A DNA stretch of 64,000 nucleotides from Octopus vulgaris (GCA_951406725.2 OX597823.1:115568001-115632000); one strand, 5' to 3'. Numbered from the stretch's first letter, positions 24,938-38,515 are shown. The notes: generated by a model from the sequence alone, not told the origin. Made by a program: numbers and translations.

Positions 24938-25286
24938 ATAGGAGTGGCTGTGTGGTAAGTAGCTTGCTTACGAACCACATGGTTCCGGGTTCAGTCCCAC
25001 TGTGTAGCACCTTGGGCATGTGTCTTCTACTATAGCCTCAGGTCAACCAAAGCCTTGTGAGTGGATTTGGTAGACAGAAACTGAAAGAAGCCCGTCGTAT
25101 ATATATATATATATATATGTGTGTGTATGTGTTTGTGTGCCTGTGTTTGTCCTCCCAACATCGCTTGACAACTGATGCTGGTGTGTTTACGTCTCCGTAA
25201 CTTAGCAGTCCTGGGGTCGATTTGCTCAACTAAAGGCAGTGCTCCAGCATGGCCACAGTCAAATGACTGAAGCAAGTAAAGAGTAA
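24938..25286 (+). mobile_element. SINE-C with internal deletion
   Basis: Head GGAGTGGCTGTGTGGTAAG...GGGTTCAGTCCC; family tail. Confidence 0.9.
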
Positions 25287-25470
25287 TGTGCAGCCAGTGC
25301 ATTCTTTAAAGTGGTTGGTGCTAAGAGAGGCATTCAACTGTGAAAGCCATGCTAGGAAAGGCTGTAGCATTGAATCAGAACTGGAACCATGGCAACAACC
25401 CCAGCCCATGACATTCTGGAAAGCCAATATAAAATGAAAATGGTGAAGAAGAGGAAGTTCGGTGGTTCAA

Positions 25471-25689
25471 CCCTTTGGCATTCAGATTATTTTGTCAAAT
25501 GTAAGCTTCGTTTATTAGATTGATTTGAACTAATCATGCATTATCTCATAGTTTCAAACTTTTGATGATGTAATTGTATACTTTTAGAATGACATTGTAG
25601 GGTAGGTGTGAGAATCAAGATCTGGCCAGTTTGAACATAAAGCATGTAGAATGTTTGGGCCAGATATGACTGATTTAAATGCTAATGGT
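25471..25689. mobile_element. piggyBac-type MITE (family P2)
   Basis: CCCTTTGGCATT ... AATGCTAATGGT-TTAA; collinear with 8116-8320. Confidence 0.65.
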
Positions 25690-25724
25690 TTAAGAGTTGG
25701 ATTTTGTTTCTTCAGATACACATT

Positions 25725-25925
25725 CATCATCATCATCATCATCATCATCATTTAACGTCCGTTTTCCATGCTAGCATGAGTTGGATGGTTCGACCAGGGT
25801 CTAGGAAGCCAGGAGGCTGCACCAGGCTCCAATCTGATCTGGCAGTGTTTCTACAGCTGGATGCCCTTCCTAACGCCAACCACTCTGTGAGTGTAGTGGG
25901 TGCTTTTTACGTGCCACCGGCACAG
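25725..25925 (-). mobile_element. RTE family A 3' end
   Basis: (CAT)n then TTTAACGTCCGTTTTCCATGCTAGCAT. Confidence 0.88.
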
Positions 25926-26144
25926 ATTATTAAAAATACATAAATTATTAAAAATAGCAAATACTTCTCATTTGCAAAAATCAGATAAAATTTCCATATC
26001 TTTACCATATAAACTGAAGCAGATTAGTAAAGCTGGTAGATTATTTCATTATTATCATTCAAACTTTTTTACTACTTACTGTACATTAGAAGATTTTAAT
26101 CTAGGATTATAATTGTTTTTATTATTAATCTTATTTTCGTATAT

Positions 26145-26816
26145 GAAAGACCCAGGAAAACCTGGGACAAGGTGGTGAAGCACGACCTTCGAACTTTAGG
26201 TCTCACCAAGGAAATAACTAGAGACCGAGACCTTTGGAAGTATGCTGTGCGTGAGATAACCCGGCAGGACAAGTGAGGCCATAATCCCGTTGCCTATACC
26301 TGGGATGTATCCAGCCCACTTATGCATTCCTTTCCTTCTTGGGACACAAAACTCCACTTGTGAAGACCTGTTGAGGCAAGTGAAAATCAAAATCGCAATC
26401 GATTAACATCAATGGAATTTGTAGGTGTGATACCAGTGCCGGTGGCACGTAAGAGAACCACCCGAACGTGGCCGTAGCCAGCACCGCCCTGACTGGCCTC
26501 CGTGCCAGTGGCACGTAAAAAGCACCATCCGATCGTGGCCATTGCCAGCTTTGTCTGGTCTCCGTGCCGGTGGCTCGTAAGAAGCACCATCCAATTGTGG
26601 CCGTTTGCCAGCCTCGTCTGGCACCTATACCAGTGACACGTAAAAAGCACCCACTACACTCACGGAGTGGTTGGCATTAGGAAGAGCATCCAGCTGTAGA
26701 AACACTGCCAGATCAGACTGAGCCTGGTGCAGCCTTCTGACTTCCCAGACCCCAGTTTAAACCGTCCAACCCATGCTAGCATGGAAAGCGGACGTTAAAC
26801 GATGATGATGATGATG
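26145..26816 (+). mobile_element. 5'-truncated RTE-clade LINE (family A): ORF C-terminus, 3' UTR and (GAT)n tail
   Basis: RPRKTWDKVVKHDLRTLGLTKEITRDRDLWKYAV* (RTE-type RP..TW...D....DR..W); direct repeat ATGAAAGA at 26143-26150 and 26814-26821. Confidence 0.92.
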
Positions 26817-27819
26817 AAAGAATATTTGATGCTTATGGTTGCATCACCTTGTAAAAAGAAGAAGCCAGCTAAAACGTTTTGTTACAATCAACTTAAATGA
26901 ATTTAGAGCCTCTTAGAACTGCCACCGTTGCAAGGATTGGCATCTGTTTGTAAATACATGCTATGATAATTTTCAGAAATATATGAATTTGCAAAACCAT
27001 TCGGGGGAAAAAATTGTAGAGATGCTGCAAAAGAAAATTAACTCCTAAAATGAAGAAAAATTTTTAAAAAATCAAATCAGAAATTGATTTGATAATGAGG
27101 CTCCAGTAATTTAACCAGTTTAATATTTAATCAATTGCTAATTAGTTTCTTTACTCCTCATTACATTGAGTATGATTGGAAATTGAGTTCAATTATGAAG
27201 CATGGAAAAATGTGCTATTTTGTCTCTTGTAACTTCCAATGCAATCATAGAAACGGTTGTCTGTATTGATGTTGAACTCTGTTGAAGTTTATTCTTTCTA
27301 AATAACAATATATTATTTATTGGCTGAACAATATTTTTCTACCTTCTCTGTCTGTAATCTTCCCAGACTAATAATAAATATGTTATGCAATCTGACTTGG
27401 CACAGTGTCTGTGTGACACACACACACACACATACACATGCGCGCACACACACACACACGCACACACACACACATATGCGCACGCATGCAGGGGTGTTGG
27501 TTGGCAATGTGGTGGAACTTAACAAATTATTCACCTCTCTGTTAATCACTCTTCTACCATTGGCTCCTGGAAGTGGGAAATGTAACACACAGACACAGTT
27601 CAGAAGGTGCATGTGTGAATGTGTGTGTGTGTGTGCGCATGTGTGCATTCTCTCTCTCTCTCTCTCTCTCTTCCTCTCTCTCTCTCTTTCTCTTTCATGT
27701 GTGCACCCACACAATTTTTGATGTCTAGGCCTTCCAGTGAAATTCTAAGATGAAATTAAATGTGGGTACCATTGATGAATAACTAGATTGCTTTTTTTTT
27801 TTATCATGAATTTTAATTT

Positions 27820-28672
27820 TCTCTCAACCCCCCAAATTCTCCCTCCTCCTATCACTCCTATCTTTCTTTTACTCTATTTCCATATTTTCAATTTACTTCC
27901 CTCCTACTCTATCCCCCCTCCCACCGTCCAACAATTCTTTTTCTCTTTCCATTCCTCTCTCTATGTCTTTCCTTCTTTATACTCTCCCTCTTTCTACTCC
28001 CCATTTCTCTTTAGCTATTGCTCCTTCTACTTTCCCCCTCTCTATATGTTGCTCTTCTACTCCTCCCCCCACTCTCTATATTGCTCTTTCTGCTCCCCCA
28101 TCTCTACATGTTGCTCCTTCTACTCCTCCCCTCTCTGTTCCTTGCTCCTTCTACTCTCCCTCTCTATATGTTGCTCCTTTTACACCACTCTTTCTATATT
28201 TCTCCTTCTACTCACCTCTCTGTACATTGCTCTTTTTACTCCCTCTCTCTCTGAATCAGTCTTATCCCCTCCCTCTCTCACTGAATCAGTCTTACTCCCT
28301 CCCTCTCTCTCTCTCTATTGCTGTTTTTATGCTCACATTTACACACACATTTTTTCCTTCTTCAAACTCTCTTTTATACATATTTTGCACCAGATACAAC
28401 CCTCTCTCTGTCTCTCTTACATTATCTCTCTCTACACTACCATTTCTCTCTACTTCTCTTTCTCTCATACGTTCTCTCTCTCTTATATTATATCTTCTTT
28501 ATATTTTCTCTCTCTCTCTCTTTCACTATTTCACTACTACTGTCTCTTTCTCTTATACTATCGCTTTTTAAAGCTATAGCCCTCTTTCTCTCTCACATAC
28601 TATCTTACTGACTGTGACTTCCTATTACTCTCTCTCTCTCTATCTATTTATCTATCCATCCATCCATCCATG

Positions 28673-28750
<78 letters not shown>
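27820..28750. repeat. Pyrimidine-rich low-complexity tract with degenerate ~30-bp units (TTGCTCCTTCTACTC..), then (TCTA)n and (TA)n
   Basis: Read directly. Confidence 0.85.
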
Positions 28751-28753
<3 letters not shown>

Positions 28754-28796
28754 TACTATGTTTTTCTTTAGCTGTGACTGTTACCATATCTATGTA

Positions 28797-29030
28797 TTTA
28801 TTTCTCTATTGTCCACAAGGGGCTACACACAGAGGGGACAAACAAGGACAGACAAATAGATCAAGTCGATTACATCGACTCCAGTGCGTAACTGGTACTT
28901 AATTTATAGACCCCGAAAAGATGAAAGGCAAAGTTGACCTTGGCAGAATTTGAATCCAGAACGTAACGGCAGACGAAATATGGCTACGCATTTTGCCCAG
29001 CACGCTAACGTTTCTGCCAGCTCACTGCCT
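28797..29030 (-). mobile_element. SINE-B, full length
   Basis: Collinear with 16973-17203. Confidence 0.92.
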
Positions 29031-29070
29031 TCTCTCTCTTTCTCTCTCTCTCTCTCTCTATATATATATA

Positions 29071-29099
<29 letters not shown>

Positions 29100-29102
<3 letters not shown>

Positions 29103-29321
29103 TCTTTACTCTTTTACTTGTTTCAGTCATTTGACTGCGGCCATGCTTGAGCACCGCCTTTAATCGAGCAAATTGACCCCAGGACTTATTCTTTTGTAAG
29201 CCCAGTACTTATTTTATCGGTCTCTTTTGCCGAACCGCTAAGTAACGGGGACATAAACACACCAGCATCGGTTGTCAAGCAATGCTAGGGGGACAAACAC
29301 AGACACACAAACACATACACG

Positions 29322-29371
<50 letters not shown>

Positions 29372-29382
29372 TACGACAGGCT
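29100..29382 (-). mobile_element. SINE-C 3' half
   Basis: Family tail and internal microsatellite; head missing. Confidence 0.88.
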
Positions 29383-29727
29383 ATATATATATTACTATGT
29401 TTTTCTTTAGCTGTGACTATTACCATATCTATTACTGTCTCTATGTATTACTATCTATCTTTTAGTACCTCTCTCTCTTACTATAGCTCTCTTTATTACT
29501 ATCTCTCATTCTTAGACTATATTTCTGTATTACTACCTGTTTCTATTACCACTTTCCGTTTCCCATCTCTTTCTATTACTATATTTTCCAATCACTTTTT
29601 TTTCTATATATTTTCTCTGTCAGTGTTCGATACATTTAAAGACTTTTGTATATGTCTAACCTTCTTCAATGCTGTTGCCAGTATTCTGTCCTCACAAAAA
29701 AAATTAAGCTCCCTTACCCAGCCAACT

Positions 29728-30030
29728 GTGGAGGCACATGGCTTAGTGGTTAGAGCAGCAGACTCTCAGTCAAGGGATCGCGGATTCGAATCTTAGACCG
29801 GGCGATGTGTGTGTTTACGAGCGAAACATCTAAGCTCCACACGGCTCCGGCAGAAGGTAATGGTGAACTTCTGCTGACTCTTTCACCACAACTTTCTCTC
29901 ACTCTTTCCTCCTGCATCTTGCAGCTCACCTGCAATGGACTGGCGTCCTGTCCTGGTGGGGAACCTATACGCCAAGGAAACCGGGAAATCGACCCTAATG
30001 AGCCAGGCATGGCTCGAGAAGGAACAAACA
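29728..30030 (+). mobile_element. SINE-D, full length, 12-bp TSD
   Basis: TSD ACCCAGCCAACT at 29716-29727 and 30031-30042. Confidence 0.93.
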
Positions 30031-30602
30031 ACCCAGCCAACTACTAACAATTGTTCTCAATTGCATCAACTTCTCACATCTCAAATGTAATCATCTTCCT
30101 CATCATTTTAATTCTATTTTGATCTTCAATGATCATTATTATGGTTTCTATAAATTTACCTGAGATTTGCATTCATAGTTCTTGTCCCTGGTTTCTTACC
30201 TGAGAATTTCAGTTAACACAGTTTTATTTCATTTAAGATTAACAAAACACTTTGACACTGTAAAGCTTGGAAAGTTTCCAACTGAACTGTTTGTCAATGG
30301 TCACTATTCATGCTTGATTTCATGAACCTGACAGATCTTTCACGGTATAAAATCTGGTCATCAAAAATATCTTCTGAATCATCATCATCATCGTCATCAT
30401 CATCATTTAATGTCCGTTTTACATGCAGGTATAAGATGGACGGTTTGACAGGAGCTGGTCAACTGAAGACCTGCCTGGACTTCATGGCATGGTTTCTACC
30501 ATTGATGCCCTTCCTAATGCCAGCTTCTTTACAAAGTGTACTGATGGCTTTTGTGCAGCACCGACATAGGAGCTTTTATGTGACACCAGTATAGATGTTT
30601 TT

Positions 30603-31074
30603 CTATTTCTTTATTACCCACAAGGGGCTACAAACAAGGATAGACAGAGGGATTAAGTCGATTATATCGACCCCAGTGCATAACTGTTACTTAATTTATC
30701 GAGATGGCAGCAAGCTGGCAGAATTGTTAGCACGCCGGGTGAAATGCGTTGCCGTATTTCGTCTGCCATTACGTTCTGGGTTCAAATTCCGCCGAGGTCG
30801 ACTTTGCCTTTCATCCTTTCGGGGTCGATAAATTAAGTACCAGTTACGCACTGGGGCCGATGTAATCGACTTAATCCGTGTGTCTGTCCTTGTTTGTCCC
30901 CTCTGTGTGTAGCCCCTTGTGGGTAGTAAAGAAATAGGTACTTAATTTATCGACCCCGAAAAGATGAAAGGTAAAGTCGACCTTGGCGGAATTTGAACTC
31001 AGAATGTAACGGCAGATGAAATACGGCTATGCATTTCGCCCGGCGTGCTAACCACTCTGCCAGCTCGCCACCTT
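30603..31074. mobile_element. Minus-strand SINE-B containing a nested plus-strand SINE-B (30703-30938)
   Basis: Inner TSD TACTTAATTTATCGA at 30688-30702 and 30939-30953. Confidence 0.92.
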
Positions 31075-31446
31075 AAATAAATAAATAACACAGTGTTATT
31101 TCATTTAAGATTAACAAAACACATAAATGCTTTTCGTTTGGAACCAGCATCCACAAAAGCCAACAAGATTAGGATTGCTCAGCTGAAGAGATATGTCCCA
31201 TATTTCTTTCTTCCCATTAATGATATACTTGCTATTCTCTCTATACATACATGCTTGTGTAGATGAAACTCCTGACCGAGTCCTCCTCAGGTGGTTTGCT
31301 GTGCTTGAGAAGCCATGTCAAGCTAAGTAAAATTGTGGTTGTCCTTACTAAAAGGCATGTTCCCTACACTCCTCTTCAGCTGAAGGATTCTAATCTTGTA
31401 GGTTTCTGGGTGCTGTTCCCACATAAAAAGCACCCCAGTACATTCT

Positions 31447-31675
31447 TATTTCTTTACTGCCCACAAGGGGCTACACGCAGAGGGGACAAACAAGGACAGA
31501 CAAATGGATTAAGTCGATTATATCGACCCCAGTGCATAACTGGTACTTATTTAATCGACCCCGAAAGGATGAAAGGCAAAGTTGACCTCGGCGGAATTTG
31601 AACTCAGAATGTAGTGACAAATGAAATACCGCTACGCATTCTGCCCGGCGTGCTAATGTTTCTGCCAGCTCACCA
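31447..31675 (-). mobile_element. SINE-B inserted into an old RTE 3' UTR, 12-bp TSD
   Basis: TSD CCAGTACATTCT at 31435-31446 and 31676-31687. Confidence 0.92.
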
Positions 31676-32025
31676 CCAGTACATTCTATAGTTGGTGTTA
31701 GGAAGGGCATCCAGTGGTAGACGCCATGCCAAAAGAAACGTGAAACCCAGGCAACTCTTCAAATAGCCAGCTGCAGTCCAACTGTCCACTCCATATCAGC
31801 ATGTAAAGTGGACATTAAATAATGATGATGATGATAACATCAATCACATGCAACCTAAACACTTCTAAGTAGATTGTACCACACTTCAGTCCTCAACATT
31901 CTACGCACAGATACAATCTACATTTTATCTAAACATGTTATGAAAATAACATTCTTAGAAATATTGTTCTTAAGAACCTTCTTCAGTGGAAAAATGTCAC
32001 ACTGATCTCTTTGAACAACCCATGG

Positions 32026-32233
32026 ACACCTTGGCTCCATGTGGCTCCGGCAGAAGGTAATGGCAAACTTCTGCTGAATCTTTTGCCACAACTTTCTCTC
32101 ACTTTTTCCTCCTGCATCTTGCAGCTCACCTGCGACGGACCGGTGTCCCGTCCAGGTGGGGAACCTATTCTCCAAGGAAACCGGGAAACCAGCCCTAATG
32201 AGCCAGGCATGGCCCCAGAAGGAACAAACAACT
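32026..32233 (+). mobile_element. 5'-truncated SINE-D
   Basis: Collinear with the body and tail of 29728-30030. Confidence 0.88.
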
Positions 32234-32654
32234 CTTCATTTCTTCCTATTCCAGTCTTGGAGTGCCTGTAAAACATTTTAGATGATACACTAAATTCCCT
32301 TCCATCGTCTCTACCATTCTTCGTAGCCCCCGCATCCCACCTATTGGCCACTCCACCGTTTGTAGTGTTTACTCAATTCCATAATCAGAATCCACTGTTC
32401 TGTATCAGGCTCACCAACAACCGACTAAAAACAAAAACATGTTAGCGAAATTTTCCCTCCTTTATTAAATGAGAAAACAAAACTACGTCCATGGAATTGT
32501 TCGCTCTTTGTCATTTTGTTGCAAGTTTGAAGCTTAAAGCCATCTTTAATTCTATTAAACATGGCAAAGGCAATTTGTTTGCCTCCTTTTCAGTTCTCAG
32601 GGACACTACCGCCCTCCCCCCTACACCTGGCCATAATAAGAAACATTGTTCTTT

Positions 32655-33054
32655 TCTCTCTACGCACACACTCTCCTTTTTATCATTACATATGCACTCT
32701 CTCTCTCTTCGCGCACACTCTCTCTTTTCTCTCTCTCTGCACACTCTTTCTTCTCTCTCTACACACACATACACACACTCTTTTCTCTCTCTCTCTATAC
32801 ACACATGCATACACTCTCTTCTCTCTCCACACACACATATATACTCTCTCTCTTCTCTCTCTCTCTCTCTACAGACATTTTCTCTTCTCTCTCTCTCTCT
32901 ACACACACATTCTCTCTTCTTTTTCTCTCTACACACTCTCTCTTCTCTCTACGTATTCTTCTCTCTACATACACATACTTTCTCTCTTCTCTCTCTGCAT
33001 GCACACACACACTCTTTCTCTCTCTTCTCTCTCTCTACATACACACATACACTT

Positions 33055-33087
<33 letters not shown>

Positions 33088-33550
33088 TTTCTCTCTTCTC
33101 TCTCTCTACACACACGCCCACACATTCTCTCTACACATTTTCTCTTCTTTCTCTCTCTCTCTACACACACATGCACATACTCTCACTCTCTCCTCTTTTC
33201 CCTCTCCTCCACTCACTCTCTTCTCTCTACATATTATCTCTCCTCTCTCTTTTCTCTCTATTCTCAACACTCTCACTTCCCCTCACCTCTACCCTTCCCT
33301 ACATAACCTCTTACTTCCTTACACACTCTTTTTCCTTTCTCTACACACTCTTTTTCCTTTCTCTACACACTCTCATTTCATTTTCTACATAATACATCTC
33401 TACACTTTCTCCCTCTTCTACACACTCTAACTCCCCTCTATGTTCCACTACTTTCTCTCCTTCTCTCCACCTTCCCATCTCTTCCTCCTCTCCATTTCTA
33501 ACTCTCATCTTCTCCCTCCTCATCTTCCTCCTCTCCAACTCCTTTTGTCT
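32655..33550. repeat. (CT)n/(CA)n compound low-complexity tract
   Basis: Read directly. Confidence 0.9.
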
Positions 33551-34563
33551 TTAGTGAGAATCTACTTTCACTTTCTCTTTATCTTTCCCTCATTTTATTA
33601 CCTGTTGTTAAAGCATTTCTAATATTCTCTAAGTATCAGCACCAGTAGTAGCAGCAGCAGCAGCAGCAGCAGCAGTGGTGGTGGTGGTGGTGGTGCTGCT
33701 GCTGTGGGAGGTGGTGGTGGGGGGGGGGGCAGCAGTCGTAAATGCCAATTCTTGCAAAAAAACCTCAAAACTTATGGAGGAGAAAGGAATGTTGTAAATA
33801 TTTCCTTTGCACTATTATTGAGCATAGATGAAAACTAATAAACAAAACTGAATGTAACGAATGTTAATGATAATCCTTAATTGTTAAATACAATTAGTGT
33901 TTGAATTAGCAAGATTCTAGAACTGCATAGAACATTCAATTAATATAATGAATTTTAAATTGTGTTTTGCTTGTTTTCTTGAATTTTCATTCTGTTCCAC
34001 AACGTGTCATTGTTTCCATACGATTACAGTTTCTACAAGGGCAATGAAGATTGGTAAATAATTTATATTATCTTTTGGGATTTTGAAGAATAAATCAATT
34101 TAACTTTGAGAAATTTCTAATTCCATTTTCAGAAAATTTTCCATTGCGATTCCAATGTGTTAGCAAAGGATTTTTAGAAATGCATAAATTTTAAGTTTTG
34201 TTTCGTTAATCTGCCTACTTGAAAACTGTTTTTTGTGTGAGGGAATGGGGTGGGTGGGGTGCTTTCATATTTAATCATAAGTTATTTAATCAATGAAGTA
34301 ATTGTAATTTCTGTTATCATTGTTTTTAATCATCATCATGATCATCATCTTTATTATTAGTATTATTAGTAGTAGTAGAAGTATTAGTATTGTTATAAGT
34401 ATCATTATTATTATTATTATTATTATTATCATTACCATCACCAGTATCATCCTTTCTGCTGAAATAATACTATGTTTTATCTTCTACTCTGAAATTAATT
34501 GCTATTTTTATTATGAAATTATTCCTGATAAACAATGTTAATCTAACAGCTATTCTGTTTTGT

Positions 34564-34617
<54 letters not shown>

Positions 34618-34776
34618 CTTTACTTGTTTGTTTGTTTTCTTTTTAAATTGATTCAATTCATAAAGCTAATACAATGCAGAAACAGTCAGAGAGTTTATTC
34701 GTGGTTTTGTTTCTAATGATAAAAGAGCTATTGATAGGAACAATGTTTTTAAATTAAAATATAGCCCTCTCTCCTT

Positions 34777-34820
<44 letters not shown>

Positions 34821-35085
34821 GCTACCTGTATAACTCCTGCTTCCCTCTCATATATACATATGTGTGTGTGTGTATATATATATACATATACATATATATA
34901 CATATACATATATATACATATACATACATACATACACATATATATATATATACACATATATATATATACACACACACACATATATATATGTGTATATATA
35001 TATATTTATATATATATATATATATACCCACACACACTTGTGTATATATATCTGCCAGCAATAAACTATATAACAAATGTAATGC

Positions 35086-35144
<59 letters not shown>

Positions 35145-35829
35145 GAGACCAAATTGTTTTCATTCTCTGATGTTTTGCTGCCACATATTTCAAGCGAATG
35201 ATGTTGTGGTTTTTAGCACTTGTAAAAGCTAAATTTTTCTGCTATGCTGTATATTTTTCTGTGTAATTCTTCTCAAATGACTACGAAGCTGCTGCTTCTG
35301 AATAGAATACATTGATTTTTTTCCTTCTTCCATTCGAAACAGCTCCATTGTGAGTGGCAGGTTCCATTGAATGGGATTTATCATTCTTATTTGGAAAACA
35401 TACTGAAGAAATTTTATTGCTTGTCGCAGATGCTAATTACAAAGCAATCTGTATTATTTAGCTTCCATGAAGTTGTATCGTTTTCTATTGACATAATTAC
35501 CAATACATAATTATGGCTCAGCTATTAAACTTTGACATTATTTTATTGTCATTCAAATTTGTTGCAGTATTTCTCATTTGTCCAAACTTCTGTTTTGTAT
35601 TTACTTTGAAGCAGAAAAATACCAGTCACAGATTTTTTAATGAATTTATTTTTAATTTCTGACAAAATAGCCTTTCGAAAAAGTCTGTAATTTCATATTC
35701 TTTGTTAATGCTGCCTGTAGACCAGACTCAGTTCATTCCCACAATCTCTTCAAACTCAACATAATCCACATTATCTACAAACTCAGCTTAGCTTACAATC
35801 TCCACAAGCTCAGCTTGCATATTTTCCAG

Positions 35830-36235
35830 ACGGTGAGCTAGCAGAAACGTTAGCATGCTGGGCAAAATGCATAGCGGTATTTCGTCTGCCGATACGTTCT
35901 GGGTTCAAATTCCGCTGAGGTCGACTTTCATACTTTCAGGGTCGATAAATTAAGTACCAGTTACGGGCTGGGATCGATGTAATCGACTTAATCTGTTTGT
36001 CTGTCCTTGTTTGTCCCCTCTGTGTTTAGCCCCTTGTGGGTAGTAAAGAAGTAGGTATTTCATCTGCCGCTACGTTCTGAGTTCAAATTCCACCAAGGTC
36101 AACTTTGCCTTTCATCCTTTCGGGGTCGATAAATTAAATACCAGTTATGCACTGGGGTCGATATAATTGACTTAATCCGTTTGTCTGTCCTTGTTTGTCC
36201 CCTCAGTGTTTAGCCCCTTGTGGGTAGTAAAGAAA
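35830..36235 (+). mobile_element. SINE-B tandem dimer (full copy plus 5'-truncated monomer) within one TSD
   Basis: Second unit starts at GTATTTCATCTGCC ~36055; flanks CATATTTTCCAG / CATATTTTCTAG. Confidence 0.88.
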
Positions 36236-36519
36236 CATATTTTCTAGTCATTTTCACTTTTATATAGTCCTAGCTTTCATATGCATAAACAGAGACACAC
36301 ACACACTTCATATCGTTTGTATTTTACATCTATTAAGTTATTACCAACACAAATAGCAAGTCTCTAAGTTTCTTTTCATAATCATCAATCTTTGCTGTTC
36401 TCATCCACATACAACAAATATGGCACAGAAACCATCTCTGACTTTCACTTTTATCATTACTCATGATGTTACTCTAATATAACTGGCATACACAATCTGA
36501 TTCATTGCCATTCTGCCGA

Positions 36520-36795
36520 TGATCATCATCGTCATCGTTTAACGTCCGTTTTCCGTGCTAGCATGGGTTGGACGGTTTGACCAGGGTCTGGGAAGCCAGG
36601 AGGCTGCACCAAGCTCTAGTCTGATCTGGCAGTGTTTCTACAGCTGGATGCCCTTCCTAATGCCAACCACTCCGTGAGTGTAGTGGGTGCCATGATCGGT
36701 TGGTGCTTTTTATGTGCCACAGGCACAGGTATCACAACTACAATTTCCATTTGATTTTTGATGCTGATGTACTTGACTCAATAGGTCTCCTCAAG

Positions 36796-36849
<54 letters not shown>

Positions 36850-37490
36850 CATCATCGTCTTCATCATCCTTTAATGTCCACTTGGACATTAAAGGATGAT
36901 CATATTTTATCATTTTCTCAACCACTATTTTAACTGACTCATCATCATTATCATTAGCATCATCCTCTAACGTCTGCTTTCCATGTTGGCATGGGTTGGA
37001 TGGTTTGGCCGGAGATGACAAGCTGGATAGCTGCACTAAGTTCCAGTCCTGATTTGGCTTGGTTTCTACAGCTGGATGCCCTTGCTAATGCCAACTACTT
37101 TACAGTGTGTATGGGGTGCTTTTAACAAGGCACTGGCATAAGTGTTTTTTACATGGCACTGGCTCAAGACTCTTGCAGGCCAGTCCTTTTCACTAAGGGG
37201 GGTGGTCTTAACACTTCTGTTGTGGAGGATGGGTCTTCATGAATACAACAAGGTACCAAGTGCTTTGTTATCACATCTGAGAAGTTCAGCATCCTGAGGT
37301 TATCCTTCAGTGCTTCATCTCATGTCTTCCTGGCTCTCCTCCTTCCATGTGTTCCACTCACTTTGAGAGATTGGCATTTCTTTATGGAGCTGTTCGCATC
37401 CATCTGCTTCTCATAACCAAGCTAGTGCAGTTTTCTCTCTTACATACTGCACCAAATTCCTTTTATGCTAAACTTCTCTCTCAATACATT
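36520..37490 (-). mobile_element. Two RTE family A fragments (~36520-36800 young, ~36940-37490 old)
   Basis: (CAT)n tails, family 3' UTR, decayed ORF end. Confidence 0.8.
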
Positions 37491-38468
37491 AGCACTTCGA
37501 AAAACACTGATTTTGTAAAGATTTTTTCGATTCTTTTTAATTCTTTGCATAGTAATTTTGACAATGTTCATCTCTTAGATGTTTTGACTTAATTCACCCT
37601 TGTATGCTATAAATCCCTACGGTAGTTCTTTGATATATTTGAGTTAGTGGCCTAGAAGATATCTAATGTGTATTCCAATCTGAAATACCCTTGAAGTGAC
37701 TTCTGGTAGTTAGAACAGAAAGATCAAGAAAGCACTTTATTGAATACCCACTTTCCAATACTAAATTCATTCCTGATCTTGCATTTGACTTTGTTCATAT
37801 AAGAAAGGATTTCACTTTTCATGTGAAAGCTTGACTGCATGTATCATGAATAACAAATGCAGTACCGTATGGCCTAAGCGTTTGGGAACTGAATGGCGAA
37901 AATCCTACATATGCTGAAGAGAAATGAAAATGATTAGATGAATATGTTATGTTCATCTGCTTGAAAGAAGTGAGGTAAAAGAGCCGGCTGCACATTAAAG
38001 ATAGTGGCTTATCTTGGCAGGACAAGGGTTTATACTTGAACGGATATGTGATGGGTGATGTGTGAAATGTACTCTTAGAAGACAGAAGTCAGATCATGTG
38101 AAATGCAGCAACCAATGATGGGGGCTCAGAAGTGAATGAGATAATTGCTATGTGCTTCAATCATTTGTTTTAACTGCAAACTCTCTTTCAACAAAAGCCC
38201 TATTTTCAATAAAATATCACAATGAATCTTCAGATAACATTTCAGATTTAGTGACTACCGTAGGCAGAGGACATATGATAAGATGGTACATCAGATATAA
38301 TTCAGACATAAGTATTTGATCAGCTGCGTTGTTTAACGAGCAGTTGTCAATCAAGTTGATAACTGCTCATCAGCAAACACCTTCAAAATTCAGACTTAAA
38401 TGTTTTCATCATTTGTTTACTAGTCATTAATGGAATGTATTTCTGAGATCACCATAGTAATTATTTGA

Positions 38469-38515
<47 letters not shown>

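Noticed and set aside
26436-26655. CRISPR-like repeat/spacer appearance
   Set aside because: The spacers resemble each other, the array lies in a LINE 3' UTR, the context is eukaryotic, and there are no cas genes
37830-38110. Possible host exon
   Set aside because: EMKMIR*IC and YG..VW motifs point to an old RTE fragment, too decayed to delimit
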